Source of the DNA: Methanothrix sp.
GTDB taxonomy: Archaea; Halobacteriota; Methanosarcinia; Methanotrichales; Methanotrichaceae
Length of the DNA: 64,000 bases
Assembly: GCA_963682135.1 (NCBI GenBank)
Contig: OY821645.1
Span: 2,432,001 to 2,496,000 of the forward strand
Reading direction: 5' to 3'
A model generated the notes under the pieces. That model worked only from the letters and a program-made list of their open reading frames with translations. It made no database searches and was not told the origin of the DNA. Positions 11,837 through 21,602 of this stretch are shown here, one piece after another. The stretch's first letter is position 1; every line of letters begins with the position of its first letter. The translations under genes were made by a program, and so were the position numbers.

Positions 11837-13443
11837 ACCAGCAGAGTTTCTTTTATGCGATAGAGCCCTTTGTGCGCCGGCTCCCCTCCGTGGAGCGGCC
11901 CACTGGGCACGTCCATTTTAAGAGAAAGCTAAGCTGGACTCTGGCCATACTGCTGCTTTACTTTACCCTGGGAAATATACCCCTCTTTGGGCTTTCCACA
12001 GCATCCATTGATATATTCAGTGCTTATCGTGCCTTTTTTGCCGGTTCCTTCGGCTCGATGATGCTCCTTGGCATAGGTCCAATTGTCACTGCATCCATCG
12101 TGTTGCAGCTTCTCGTGGGTGCTCAGATCATCAAGCTCAATCTGAGCGAACCTCGCGATCAGGCCATTTATCAGGGCACGCAAAAAGCTCTGGTGTTTGT
12201 CATGGTCGCGGTTGAGGCTCTGCCGCAGGTGTTGGGGGGCTATCTGCTTCCTGATGCAGGTTTGGCCAGTACGCTGGGCACCTCCCTGGGCATGATATCA
12301 TTATTGATCTTTATTCAGGTCTTCGTAGGCGGATCTCTCATCGTTTATATGGATGAGGTAGTCTCAAAATGGGGCGTCGGTTCGGGTGTGGGGCTATTTA
12401 TCGTAGCAGGAATTAGCCAGCAGCTGGTCACGGGCATCATCAATCCGGCCAGTGGCGACGCTGGGCTTCCTGTGGGCATCATACCAAAATGGATCGATAT
12501 CATTCGGCTACAGCTGATCAGCTTCGATACTCTCTTCACATCGGAGGGGCTGAGATTCATTCTGGTCACGGGCGGAATTCTGGCGCTCATATCTACCATA
12601 ATGATAATTTTGCTGGTCGTCTTTGTGGAGTCCACGAGAATTGAGATACCACTGGCCCACAGCCGCGTGCGGGGCGCGCGGGGACGTTTTCCCGTCAAGC
12701 TGGTTTATGCCTCAGTTCTTCCCATGATCCTGGTGCGGGCCATTCAAGCCAACATCGAGATGATCGGAGCGTTGCTGGCAGCCAAGCTTGGCACGGTAAC
12801 TTCGGCCACGATAACCGGCCAGGGAGTTACCACTATTTATACCGGCTACTCCAGCATTCTGGGAACATTTGTCTCAGAAGCCAAAATCAATTCTGCTACG
12901 GGCGCTGCTATGAGTGGCTCGTCGCCTCAACCGGTTTCGGGCTTGATGTATTATCTGTCAGCTCTGCGGGGTCCCAGTGACTGGATGCCGGGAATGGTGC
13001 AGCCCCATGCAGGCATGACGGAATTGGGCTTTTCGGCTCTGGCCGGCTGGCAGATATTTCTGCATGTGGTTGTGGACGCTTCCTTCCTGATCATCGGCGG
13101 CATTATCTTCGCTATCTTCTGGATTGAAACCACGGGCATGGGCCCCAAGAGCGTGGCTGCCAAGATCCACAACTCAGGTCTACAGGTTCCGGGCTACAGA
13201 AGAAATCCGGCCTCCATTGAGAAGCTGATGGAGAGGTATATCCCCAAGGTGACCGTTATTGGCGGCGTGATCATAGGCGTTCTAACTCTGATAGCCAGCC
13301 TCTTGGGCACACTGGGAGGAGCGGGCGGCACGGGTTTGCTCCTGGCTGTGAGCATTGTCTATCGGCTCTATGAGCAGGTAGCCAGCGAGCAGATTCAGGA
13401 GATGTATCCCATGATGCAGAAGTTCTTCGGAGCATCGGCATGA
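11833..13443 (+). CDS. secY: Preprotein translocase subunit SecY
   Basis: LGIGPIVTASIVLQLL, KWGVGSGVGLFI, GTGLLLAVSI. Confidence 0.97.
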   Translation: MNQQSFFYAIEPFVRRLPSVERPTGHVHFKRKLSWTLAILLLYFTLGNIPLFGLSTASIDIFSAYRAFFAGSFGSMMLLGIGPIVTASIVLQLLVGAQIIKLNLSEPRDQAIYQGTQKALVFVMVAVEALPQVLGGYLLPDAGLASTLGTSLGMISLLIFIQVFVGGSLIVYMDEVVSKWGVGSGVGLFIVAGISQQLVTGIINPASGDAGLPVGIIPKWIDIIRLQLISFDTLFTSEGLRFILVTGGILALISTIMIILLVVFVESTRIEIPLAHSRVRGARGRFPVKLVYASVLPMILVRAIQANIEMIGALLAAKLGTVTSATITGQGVTTIYTGYSSILGTFVSEAKINSATGAAMSGSSPQPVSGLMYYLSALRGPSDWMPGMVQPHAGMTELGFSALAGWQIFLHVVVDASFLIIGGIIFAIFWIETTGMGPKSVAAKIHNSGLQVPGYRRNPASIEKLMERYIPKVTVIGGVIIGVLTLIASLLGTLGGAGGTGLLLAVSIVYRLYEQVASEQIQEMYPMMQKFFGASA

Positions 13444-14048
13444 ACGCCCAGCTGACCAAGTCCCTGGACAAAGCCGCCATGGCGGTGGGCTTTGTCCTTT
13501 TTTTTGGGGTAATGATCAGCACCGAATTAAGGACCGGCCTGGGAGTGGCTACCGGCCATTTGCTGGGGTGGCTACCTGAAATGCTTCCATTCCATGTGGT
13601 GCTCTTCATTTTAGCAGCAGTCACCGGTCTGTATGCCAGCCTGATTCAGAAGTACACTATGGACTGGGAGTACATGCGCAGTTCCCAAGAGAAGATGAAG
13701 ACACTGCAAAGAAGAATGAAAGAAGCGCAGCTTTCCGGTGATCAGGCCAGAATTCAAGCCATGCAAAACGAGCAGATGAAGGCGGTAGCCGATCAGGGTA
13801 AGATGATGCAGATGCAGTTTAAACCCATGCTCTACATAGGCATTGTTTCCATACCGCTCTTCATGTGGGCTTATAGTTTTATAGCCGCTAACCCGGAATT
13901 TACGATGACTTTTCCTTTCTGGGGGACGCATCTCATCCATTCCACGGTCTTGGGGCCGATCCTTTACTGGTTCTACTGGTACTTTATCTGTTCACTACCC
14001 GTATCGCAGATCATTCGTAAGGCTCTGGACATCGGGAGCATGAGCTAG
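13440..14048 (+). CDS. DUF106 / EMC3-TMCO1 (Oxa1 superfamily) membrane protein
   Basis: TM, coiled coil, then FKPM motif and WYFICS; conserved position after secY. Confidence 0.88.
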   Translation: MNAQLTKSLDKAAMAVGFVLFFGVMISTELRTGLGVATGHLLGWLPEMLPFHVVLFILAAVTGLYASLIQKYTMDWEYMRSSQEKMKTLQRRMKEAQLSGDQARIQAMQNEQMKAVADQGKMMQMQFKPMLYIGIVSIPLFMWAYSFIAANPEFTMTFPFWGTHLIHSTVLGPILYWFYWYFICSLPVSQIIRKALDIGSMS

Positions 14049-14050
14049 AG

Positions 14051-14575
14051 ATGATAATAACTATCAGCGGTGCGCCGGGAACGGGCACCTCAACACTGGC
14101 TCGTTCTCTTTCCCAGCAGCTAAAACTGCGCTGGGTTAACTCCGGGGATCTCTTTCGCAAGATCGCTGCCGAGAAGAATATTACCGTCCGGGAGATGAAC
14201 CGTCTGGCAGAGAAAGGTCCGGAGATCGATTATCTCATTGATGATGCTCAGAAGGTCCTGGCCAGGGATGGGGGCGGAATCTTTGAGGGTCGGCTGTCCG
14301 GGCATCTGTTGCCGGCGGATTTGAAGGTCCTTTTAAAGGCTGACCTTCGCACAAGAGCCGAGCGGATCGCCAAACGCGAGGCAAAGCTGACTGAAGATGC
14401 TATGCAGGAGACGCGCGCTCGAGAGGAGAGCGAATCCCGGCGGTATAAGATGTACTACAACATTGATATAAGCGACTTTTCCGCTTATGATCTGGTAGTG
14501 GATAGCGGAAAGTTCGATGAAGCGGCGACGCTGGCAATTGTGCTCGCCGGCGTGAGGGTCTGCTCGTGTCCGTGA
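14051..14575 (+). CDS. cmk: Cytidylate kinase (archaeal type)
   Basis: ITISGAPGTGTST, EGRLSG, RYKMYYNIDI. Confidence 0.92.
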   Translation: MIITISGAPGTGTSTLARSLSQQLKLRWVNSGDLFRKIAAEKNITVREMNRLAEKGPEIDYLIDDAQKVLARDGGGIFEGRLSGHLLPADLKVLLKADLRTRAERIAKREAKLTEDAMQETRAREESESRRYKMYYNIDISDFSAYDLVVDSGKFDEAATLAIVLAGVRVCSCP

Positions 14576-15744
14576 TCCATCGCGCTGATCGGGCAGAGAA
14601 GACATCCGACCGCAGAACCGGGCGCCCGAGCTCAGGCTCGTCTGTAGCCCCTTCCTCATCGACTTCATCGTCTTCTCCATTGTCTTCGTCCTCAAATGGC
14701 GGCACATATCCTCAAATTCTTCCTTCCGACAAGGCTCGGTCTGTGCTGGTAAAGAGAAGCGGCAAGACCAACCCTGCTTACGGCACCCCGCCCGAGAAGC
14801 GCAGTATCGAGATGCACATGTCATTGGGGGCCATCAATTTGGACAAGACCTCCGGGCCAACCAGCCACGAGATCGCGGCCTGGGTGAAACGCATCCTGGA
14901 AGTAGAGAAAGCAGGCCACAGCGGTACCCTGGACCCCAAGGTGACGGGAATCTTGCCCGTTCTCCTGGGAGACGCGACCAGGATTATGGACACTCTTCTC
15001 CTGGCAGGAAAGGAATATATCTGCCTCATGCGGGTGCATAAGCCCCAGCCCAAGAAGCGTCTCCTTGATGTCTGCAAAGAATTCATGGGACCCATCTTCC
15101 AGAAGCCTCCTCTGAAGAGTTCGGTGGTAAAGGAACTGCGCATTCGCACCATCTATTATCTGGATGTTCTGGAGATTGAGGAGCAGCGCGTGCTCATGCG
15201 CGTGGGCTGCCAGGCGGGCACCTACATGCGCAAACTTTGTTTTGATATAGGTCTTGCTTTAGGCACAGGTGCAAACATGGAGGAGCTGCGCCGCACGCGA
15301 GCCGGTCCCTTCCGGGAGGATGAGACGCTGGTCACGCTGCACCAACTGACGGATGCCTATGCAGCCTGGAAGGAGACGGGCGATGAGACCGGCCTGAGGC
15401 GCTGCATACTGCCTGTGGAGGCGGCCTTGCGGCATCTTCCCCGGCTGGTCATCGCTGATAATAGCGTGGATGCCGTCTGTCACGGCGCGCCCCTGGCTCT
15501 GCCCGGGCTGCTTCGCCTGGAGACAGACATAAGCAAGGGCGATATTGTGGCTCTCTTTACCTTAAAAGGCGAAGCAGTGGCCATTGGCCGGGCTGATATG
15601 AATAGCCGGCAGATGCTTGACGGCAAGACGGGAATTGCCGTTCTGACCGAAAGGGTAATAATGGAGCCGGGCACGTATCCCAAGGCGTGGAAGCTGGCCG
15701 AGAGGGATGCTTCCCGGGCAGCAAAAATAGCTGCCAAGCGCTAA
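14566..15744 (+). CDS. cbf5: H/ACA pseudouridine synthase Cbf5 (TruB family); start uncertain
   Basis: GPTSHE, GHSGTLDPKVTG, GTYMRKLC, ELRRTRAG, PUA domain. Confidence 0.95.
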   Translation: MSVIHRADRAEKTSDRRTGRPSSGSSVAPSSSTSSSSPLSSSSNGGTYPQILPSDKARSVLVKRSGKTNPAYGTPPEKRSIEMHMSLGAINLDKTSGPTSHEIAAWVKRILEVEKAGHSGTLDPKVTGILPVLLGDATRIMDTLLLAGKEYICLMRVHKPQPKKRLLDVCKEFMGPIFQKPPLKSSVVKELRIRTIYYLDVLEIEEQRVLMRVGCQAGTYMRKLCFDIGLALGTGANMEELRRTRAGPFREDETLVTLHQLTDAYAAWKETGDETGLRRCILPVEAALRHLPRLVIADNSVDAVCHGAPLALPGLLRLETDISKGDIVALFTLKGEAVAIGRADMNSRQMLDGKTGIAVLTERVIMEPGTYPKAWKLAERDASRAAKIAAKR

Positions 15745-15763
15745 AACCTGAAACCTAATCTAT

Positions 15764-15862
15764 GCCGAGGTCGTCTAGCGGTAGGGCGCCAGCCTGGAGT
15801 GAGTTCTCCTGGATAGCTGGTGATCCGCAAGGGTCTCGTGAGTTCGAATCTCACCCTCGGCG
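15764..15862 (+). tRNA. tRNA-Ser(GGA) with ~15-nt intron (about 15800-15814)
   Basis: Acceptor GCCGAGG/CCTCGGC, anticodon stem CCAGC/GCTGG around CT-GGA-G plus an insert, long variable arm, GTTCGAATC T-loop. Confidence 0.9.
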
Positions 15863-15948
15863 CTTTATAATTAACAATTTCATGGCAGTTATTTTTTGAG
15901 GCATAAGTAGTTGGCAAAAAGTCTTTATCATAATCTTGCTGGTTATCA

Positions 15949-16443
15949 ATGATTGAGGCGCAAGTTATGGTCGAGATCGGAGATGTAGCTCCCCAATTCT
16001 GTCTGCCCGGCGATAGTGAGCAGGATATTTGTCTCAAGGACTTTCTGGGAAAATGGCTGGTGCTTTACTTTTATCCCAAGGACAATACCAGCGGCTGCAC
16101 TCGTGAAGCGGCGGATTTTACCGCCGCCCTTCCCGTCCTGCTGGATTTGGGTGCAGTGGTCCTGGGCATCAGTCGCGATTCGCCAGCCAGCCACAGGAAA
16201 TTTGCCGAGAAGCATGGCCTGAAGGTGATGCTGGCCAGCGATCAGGACCACAGGGTTACCGAAGCTTACGCAGCCTGGGCTCTCAAGAAAATGTACGGCA
16301 AAGAGAACTATGGCGTTATCAGGACGACTTTTCTCATCGATACGCAGGGAAAGATCGCCCACATCTGGAAGAAGGTTGCTGTAAAAGGGCATGCTGACGC
16401 AGTAGTCAAGAAGCTGCAGGAGCAGCTGCAAGAAACGCCATAG
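15949..16443 (+). CDS. bcp: Peroxiredoxin Bcp/PrxQ
   Basis: YFYPKDNTSGCTREA, RTTFLID. Confidence 0.93.
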   Translation: MIEAQVMVEIGDVAPQFCLPGDSEQDICLKDFLGKWLVLYFYPKDNTSGCTREAADFTAALPVLLDLGAVVLGISRDSPASHRKFAEKHGLKVMLASDQDHRVTEAYAAWALKKMYGKENYGVIRTTFLIDTQGKIAHIWKKVAVKGHADAVVKKLQEQLQETP

Positions 16444-16489
16444 ACAAGGACCAATCCTTATTTAACATCACAGGCAAGTTTTTCGATTG

Positions 16490-17695
16490 ATGAAAGTCCT
16501 ACTCTTCGATCCCAGTGCCGGAGCCTCCGGAGATATGATTATGGCATCTCTTCTGGACCTGGGGGCAGATCTCGACACAGTTCGAGATGCTGTCGAGTCC
16601 ACAGGGTGCACCCTGGAGGTCTCCCGTCAGGAGAAGAGCCACATCATGGCCTGCCGGGCTCGCATCATCTCGGACAGGAGATTTCAGTCCTTGAGTGATG
16701 CCGTATCCATACTCAACAATTCCAGCTTGCAGGGCAAAGCCCTGGAAAATGCTCTTACTGCCCTGAACATCCTGGCCGAAGCTGAGAGCAGGGTGCATGG
16801 CATGGCCGCAGAGCAGGTTCGATTTCATGAGATCGGCGCTCTGGATGCACTGGCCGACATCGCCGGATCCTGTGCCGCGCTGCGGAGCCTGGCCGTGGAG
16901 CGGGTTCTCTCCCGGCCGGTATCTGTGGGCGGGGGCTTTGTTCAGTCGGCGCACGGGCTGCTTGCTGTACCCGGCCCGGCGGCCCTGGAGATATTGAGAT
17001 CGCATGAAATACCCTGGAAGGGGGGGCCGGTAGACGAGGAGCTATTTACCCCCACGGGTGCGGCCCTGCTGGCAACTTTGGTCGATGAATTTGTGCCCGA
17101 ATTTCCCCTTATTCAGGCGAAGAGGGTGGGCTACGGGGCAGGCAAAAGAGAGCTTATCCTGCCCAATGTTCTGCGGTCCATGGTCGCGGAAACTCTCTCG
17201 GCACCTGAGGCGGCAGCAAAGCACATGTCGCATGGGAACCGAATTGTGCAGCTTGAGACCAATGTGGACGATGTGACCGGCGAGGTGCTGGGCCATTTGA
17301 TCGAGCTGCTCATGCAGGCCGGGGCCCTGGATGTCTCCGTTCTGCCGGCCTTGATGAAGAAGGGGCGTGCAGGGTCTGTGATCCGGGCTATTGCCGGGCA
17401 GGAAGATATGGAATTGCTGGCCAAAGTAATGATGCGAGAGACGGGGTCGTTGGGAGTACGCATCTTTCCCAGCATCCATCGTCTGGTGGCGGAGAGGGAG
17501 CAGAGAGGTGTGCAGGTGGATATATGCGGCGAAATCTTCACCGCACAGGTGAAAGAAAGCCGCCTGGATGGCGAGCTTCTAAGCATCAAGCCTGAGTATG
17601 AGGATTGCAGGAGAATAGCCTGTGAGACAAATCAGCCTCTGCGCATGGTTATCAAAAAAGTGGAAGAGGCTGGTTGGCGTGGGGCAGCTTTATAA
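16490..17695 (+). CDS. larC: Nickel-pincer cofactor biosynthesis protein LarC (Ni insertase)
   Basis: GASGDM, FHEIGALDALADI, TPTGAA, ETNVDD, MKKGR, KPEYEDC. Confidence 0.92.
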   Translation: MKVLLFDPSAGASGDMIMASLLDLGADLDTVRDAVESTGCTLEVSRQEKSHIMACRARIISDRRFQSLSDAVSILNNSSLQGKALENALTALNILAEAESRVHGMAAEQVRFHEIGALDALADIAGSCAALRSLAVERVLSRPVSVGGGFVQSAHGLLAVPGPAALEILRSHEIPWKGGPVDEELFTPTGAALLATLVDEFVPEFPLIQAKRVGYGAGKRELILPNVLRSMVAETLSAPEAAAKHMSHGNRIVQLETNVDDVTGEVLGHLIELLMQAGALDVSVLPALMKKGRAGSVIRAIAGQEDMELLAKVMMRETGSLGVRIFPSIHRLVAEREQRGVQVDICGEIFTAQVKESRLDGELLSIKPEYEDCRRIACETNQPLRMVIKKVEEAGWRGAAL

Positions 17696-17892
17696 CTCGT
17701 GCCATCCCTTCTAACATATTTATTATATTATTACTAAGCTACCTGACCAATTCGCCTCTATTTCCTCATTGATTTTTCTTACTAACTTATAATACTAATA
17801 TAGTTAGGATTGTAGCCGATATTATATATACTTTTCGTAAATAATAATAGTAACAGCATGCTGGGGATTGAATGGGCATCTGTATATAACGA

Positions 17893-17900
17893 TTTATAAA
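17893..17900 (+). promoter_or_regulatory. Putative TATA box for the hem operon
   Basis: TTTATAAA in an AT-rich intergenic region about 60 nt upstream of the hemL ATG. Confidence 0.4.
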
Positions 17901-17962
17901 GAATACTGATGATGCGCTGGCTCGCAAGTTTGATTAATCTGCCCCGCAGGGTATCTCTTCTC

Positions 17963-19231
17963 ATGCAAATTGACTCATCCATCCGGCTCTTTGATTGCGC
18001 CAAAAAGCTGATGCCCGGCGGCGTATCCAGCCCTGTGCGCGCCATCTCTCCCTGCCCCTTTTACACGGCCCGAGCAGATGGCCCCTATCTATGGGATGCG
18101 GACGCGAACCGGTATATCGATTACTGCCTGGCTTATGGGCCCATGATCCTGGGTCACTGCCATCCGGCCATCGTTCGGGCTGTAGCCGATCAGATGACCC
18201 GCGGCTGGCTCTATGGGACTCCCTCCTTGCTGGAGGTTGCGGCGGCAAAGAGAATATCTCGACTCTATCCCAGCATGGAGATGCTCCGTTTCGTCAGCTC
18301 CGGCACGGAAGCCACCATGGCGGCCATTCGCGTGGCGCGCGGCGCTACGGGTCGCGATAAAATCATCAAGATAGAGGGCGGCTTTCATGGAGCACATGAC
18401 AGCGTACTGGTGAAGGCCGGTTCAGGGGCCACGACTCTGAGCACTCCTGATTCAAAGGGCGTGCCTTTTGACACGGCTAAGAATACCTTGCAAGTGCCCT
18501 ACAACGACCTGGCTGCCCTGGAGAGCGTCCTCACGAGCCATCCTGGTCAGATAGCCTGTCTGATCATGGAACCTGTCCTGGGCAATATCGGCCCTATCCT
18601 GCCCCAGCCTGGCTACCTGGAGGGCGTGCGCCGCCTCACAAAGGAGCATGATGTGCTTCTCATCTTCGACGAGGTGATAACCGGTTTCAGGCTGTCACTG
18701 GGCGGAGCGCAAGAGCTCTTCGGAGTTATGCCGGATCTTACCACTCTGGGCAAGATCATTGGTGGGGGCTTTCCGGTGGGCATCTTTGGCGGTCGGCGCG
18801 ATCTAATGGAGCAGGTGGCGCCCGGCGGGGGCATCTATCAGGCAGGAACCTTCAACGGCAGTCCCGTCTCACTTGCCTGCGGCATGGCCACCCTGGACGT
18901 CATGGAAAAGGAAAAGGTTCTTGAGAAGCTCAATATCACAGGAAAGCATATGAGAGAAGGGCTGCAGGAGATTGTAGACGACCTGGGATTGGGCTACCAT
19001 GTGGTTGGCATAGCCTCCATGTTCAAGATCTTCTTTGGGGAGGAGCCCCATGATTATAATCAGGCCCTCAAATGTGACAAGAATGGCTATCTGGCCTTCT
19101 TCCGTCGCATGCTCAGTGCCGGCATCTTCCTTACTCCCAGCCAGTATGAGACCGATTTCATCTCGGCTGCTCACAGCCCGCAAGTCATAGAAACCACCCT
19201 GGAGGCAACTCTATCCTGTCTGAAAAGCTGA
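17963..19231 (+). CDS. hemL: Glutamate-1-semialdehyde 2,1-aminomutase
   Basis: [35 protein letters not shown]; ATG 17963 preferred over 17909. Confidence 0.96.
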   Translation: MQIDSSIRLFDCAKKLMPGGVSSPVRAISPCPFYTARADGPYLWDADANRYIDYCLAYGPMILGHCHPAIVRAVADQMTRGWLYGTPSLLEVAAAKRISRLYPSMEMLRFVSSGTEATMAAIRVARGATGRDKIIKIEGGFHGAHDSVLVKAGSGATTLSTPDSKGVPFDTAKNTLQVPYNDLAALESVLTSHPGQIACLIMEPVLGNIGPILPQPGYLEGVRRLTKEHDVLLIFDEVITGFRLSLGGAQELFGVMPDLTTLGKIIGGGFPVGIFGGRRDLMEQVAPGGGIYQAGTFNGSPVSLACGMATLDVMEKEKVLEKLNITGKHMREGLQEIVDDLGLGYHVVGIASMFKIFFGEEPHDYNQALKCDKNGYLAFFRRMLSAGIFLTPSQYETDFISAAHSPQVIETTLEATLSCLKS

Positions 19232-20154
19232 TCGTGGGTAGCCGGGGTAGCCCTCTGGCAATGCGTCAGACCCAAATTGTGCAGGATGAGCTTCTGTCTC
19301 AAGGCATAGAGACGCAACTGACCCTGGTCAAGACCAGCGGGGATGTCTTCCTGGACAAGCCTTTGCACCAGCTCACCGGTTTTGGCGTCTTCGTGGCGGA
19401 GATAGATGAGCGCATGCTAAGCGGCGAGATCGATCTGGCCGTGCATAGTATGAAGGACCTCCCCACAAAAAGGCCGGAAGAGTTGATTATCTCCGCGATC
19501 TTGAAACGCGACTCGCCTTATGATATTATGCTTTGCCGGGACGGATCAGTAAAACGCCTGGAAGAGCTGAAAGAAGGTGCAATTGTGGGTACTTCCAGCA
19601 TGCGGCGCACGGCGCAGCTTCGCAGGGCTCGGCCCGATCTCAATATATCTAACTTGCGAGGAAATCTGCAGACTAGGATGCGCAAACTGGATGAGGGCAA
19701 CTATGATGCTATAGTCCTTGCCAAAGCAGGCCTCGAGAGGATGGGTCTGAAAAATAATTACGTGCGACTGGATGATGAGTGGTTTGTTCCCTCTGCCAAC
19801 CAGGGAACCATAATCGTCGTGGCCAAGAAGGGGTCAAAGGCAGAATCTTATTCCCGATTACTGGATGATGCACCCACCAGAACTGAGACCATGATTGAGC
19901 GCAAGATCCTGGAAACGGTGGGCGGAGGCTGCGTGGTGCCCATGGCAGTGCACGCCGTTGTCTCCAGCGAAAAGGTGCGTGTCCTGGCCGAGGTCCTCTC
20001 CTTAGATGGCAAGAGGTTTGTGCGATTGGATGAGAATATCTCTTTACTTGAAGAAGATCCTTTGAGCCGGGCAGAGGATATGGGGCATAGGCTCATGAAG
20101 ATGGGGGGAAGAGAGTTGGTGGACGAGGCGGTGAAGGAATTTGGCACGCGGTAA
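19216..20154 (+). CDS. hemC: Porphobilinogen deaminase (start possibly CTG 19216, otherwise GTG 19234)
   Basis: [39 protein letters not shown]. Confidence 0.95.
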   Translation: MSEKLIVGSRGSPLAMRQTQIVQDELLSQGIETQLTLVKTSGDVFLDKPLHQLTGFGVFVAEIDERMLSGEIDLAVHSMKDLPTKRPEELIISAILKRDSPYDIMLCRDGSVKRLEELKEGAIVGTSSMRRTAQLRRARPDLNISNLRGNLQTRMRKLDEGNYDAIVLAKAGLERMGLKNNYVRLDDEWFVPSANQGTIIVVAKKGSKAESYSRLLDDAPTRTETMIERKILETVGGGCVVPMAVHAVVSSEKVRVLAEVLSLDGKRFVRLDENISLLEEDPLSRAEDMGHRLMKMGGRELVDEAVKEFGTR

Positions 20155-21601
20155 AGTATATCTGGTGGGAGCCGGCCCTGGTGACCCCGAGCTCATGACC
20201 TTGAAGGCGAAAAGGCTGCTAGGCGATGCGGATGTGGTCTTATTCGATAGGCTGCTTGACCCCAGGATGCTGGAAGGAGTAAAGGCGGAATTAATCGACG
20301 TAGGAAAGAATGCCGGCAGGCATAAGCTGAATCAGGAAGGAATCAATTCGCTTCTTATCGAGAAGGCGCAGGCCGGAAATATTGTGGTTCGGCTGAAGGG
20401 TGGAGACCCCTACCTCTTTGGCCGGGGCGGGGAAGAGGCACTGGCCTTGCAAGAAAAAGGCATACCTTTTGAGGTTGTGCCCGGTGTGACATCTTCCATT
20501 GCCGCTCCTGAGCTCGCTGGAATTCCCGTGACCCATCGGGGTGTGGCCTCTTCGCTGGTCATTGTCACCGGTCACGAGGAGCCGGGAAAAGAGACCCCAT
20601 TGGACTGGGCGGCCATTGCCGCCCTGGGCGGAACTCTGGTTGTCCTGATGGGCGTCTCCCGTCTGGAGCAAAATGCAGCGGCCCTGATTGAAGCGGGAAA
20701 ATCGCCCCAGACTCCGGCGGCAATGGTGGAAAAGGGCGGCTGGCCGGAGCAGAGGATGATTAGCGCAACTCTGGCAGATATCGCAGAAAAGGCCAAAGAG
20801 GCAAGGATCGAGTCGCCGGCAATATTGGTAGTAGGCGAGGTGGTCTTGCTGGCTGAGAAATTAGGAAAAAAGAGAATCGCCATTCTTCGGCCTGCTGCTC
20901 AGCAAAAGGAGTCGGCAGCTCTTGCTGAAAGCTACGGTTTCTCACCTATCTCTGCCCCAGCTATTGCTCTTGCGAAAAAACCACTGCCGGATGATCTGCT
21001 GGAGAGGCTAAGCAAAGCAGAATGCGTGGCTTTTACCAGCGCTAATGGCGTGAATATGGCGCTGCACAGTCCCGACCTTCGAAAGGCATTGGCGGAGAAG
21101 ATGATCGTGGCCATTGGTCCCAAGACTGCCCAGGCTCTGGCTGTGCAGGGCTTGACTGCCCTGGTGCCTGAGGAGTACAGCTCGGAAGGAATGGAGAAAT
21201 TGCTGCGGGCAAGATGCAGGAGCATTCTCTTCCTGCGCAGCGCTCAGGGTAGCCTTTACCTCTCGGAAGGCTTGAAAGCGGCGGGGCTTAATGTTGATGA
21301 CATTGCCCTTTACGAGGTTGTACCATCCGGCGATCCCCTGCTGGACGAGCTGATAAAGAGGGCGAATAGCGTGGACATCTTTGCCTTCACCAGCTCATCG
21401 ACGGCTCGCTTTTTGATCGAAAGGGCAGGAGCGATGGGCCTGGAAAAGCAGCTTCGTCTGGCGCTCGCTGCCGGCACGGTGGCTGCTATCGGCAAGCCCA
21501 CTGCAGATGAGCTGGCCCGGCTGGGGGTGGAAGTGGACATAATGCCGGATAATTTCACATTTGAAGCTATGCTTGCTGTTTTGAGGGAGTTGACCCGATA
21601 A
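20141..21601 (+). CDS. cobA: Uroporphyrinogen-III C-methyltransferase / uroporphyrinogen-III synthase fusion (CobA-HemD)
   Basis: LVGAGPGDPEL, RLKGGDPYLFGRGGEE; C-terminal HemD motifs FTSANGV and AIGKPTA. Confidence 0.94.
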   Translation: MARGKVYLVGAGPGDPELMTLKAKRLLGDADVVLFDRLLDPRMLEGVKAELIDVGKNAGRHKLNQEGINSLLIEKAQAGNIVVRLKGGDPYLFGRGGEEALALQEKGIPFEVVPGVTSSIAAPELAGIPVTHRGVASSLVIVTGHEEPGKETPLDWAAIAALGGTLVVLMGVSRLEQNAAALIEAGKSPQTPAAMVEKGGWPEQRMISATLADIAEKAKEARIESPAILVVGEVVLLAEKLGKKRIAILRPAAQQKESAALAESYGFSPISAPAIALAKKPLPDDLLERLSKAECVAFTSANGVNMALHSPDLRKALAEKMIVAIGPKTAQALAVQGLTALVPEEYSSEGMEKLLRARCRSILFLRSAQGSLYLSEGLKAAGLNVDDIALYEVVPSGDPLLDELIKRANSVDIFAFTSSSTARFLIERAGAMGLEKQLRLALAAGTVAAIGKPTADELARLGVEVDIMPDNFTFEAMLAVLRELTR

Positions 21602-21602
21602 A

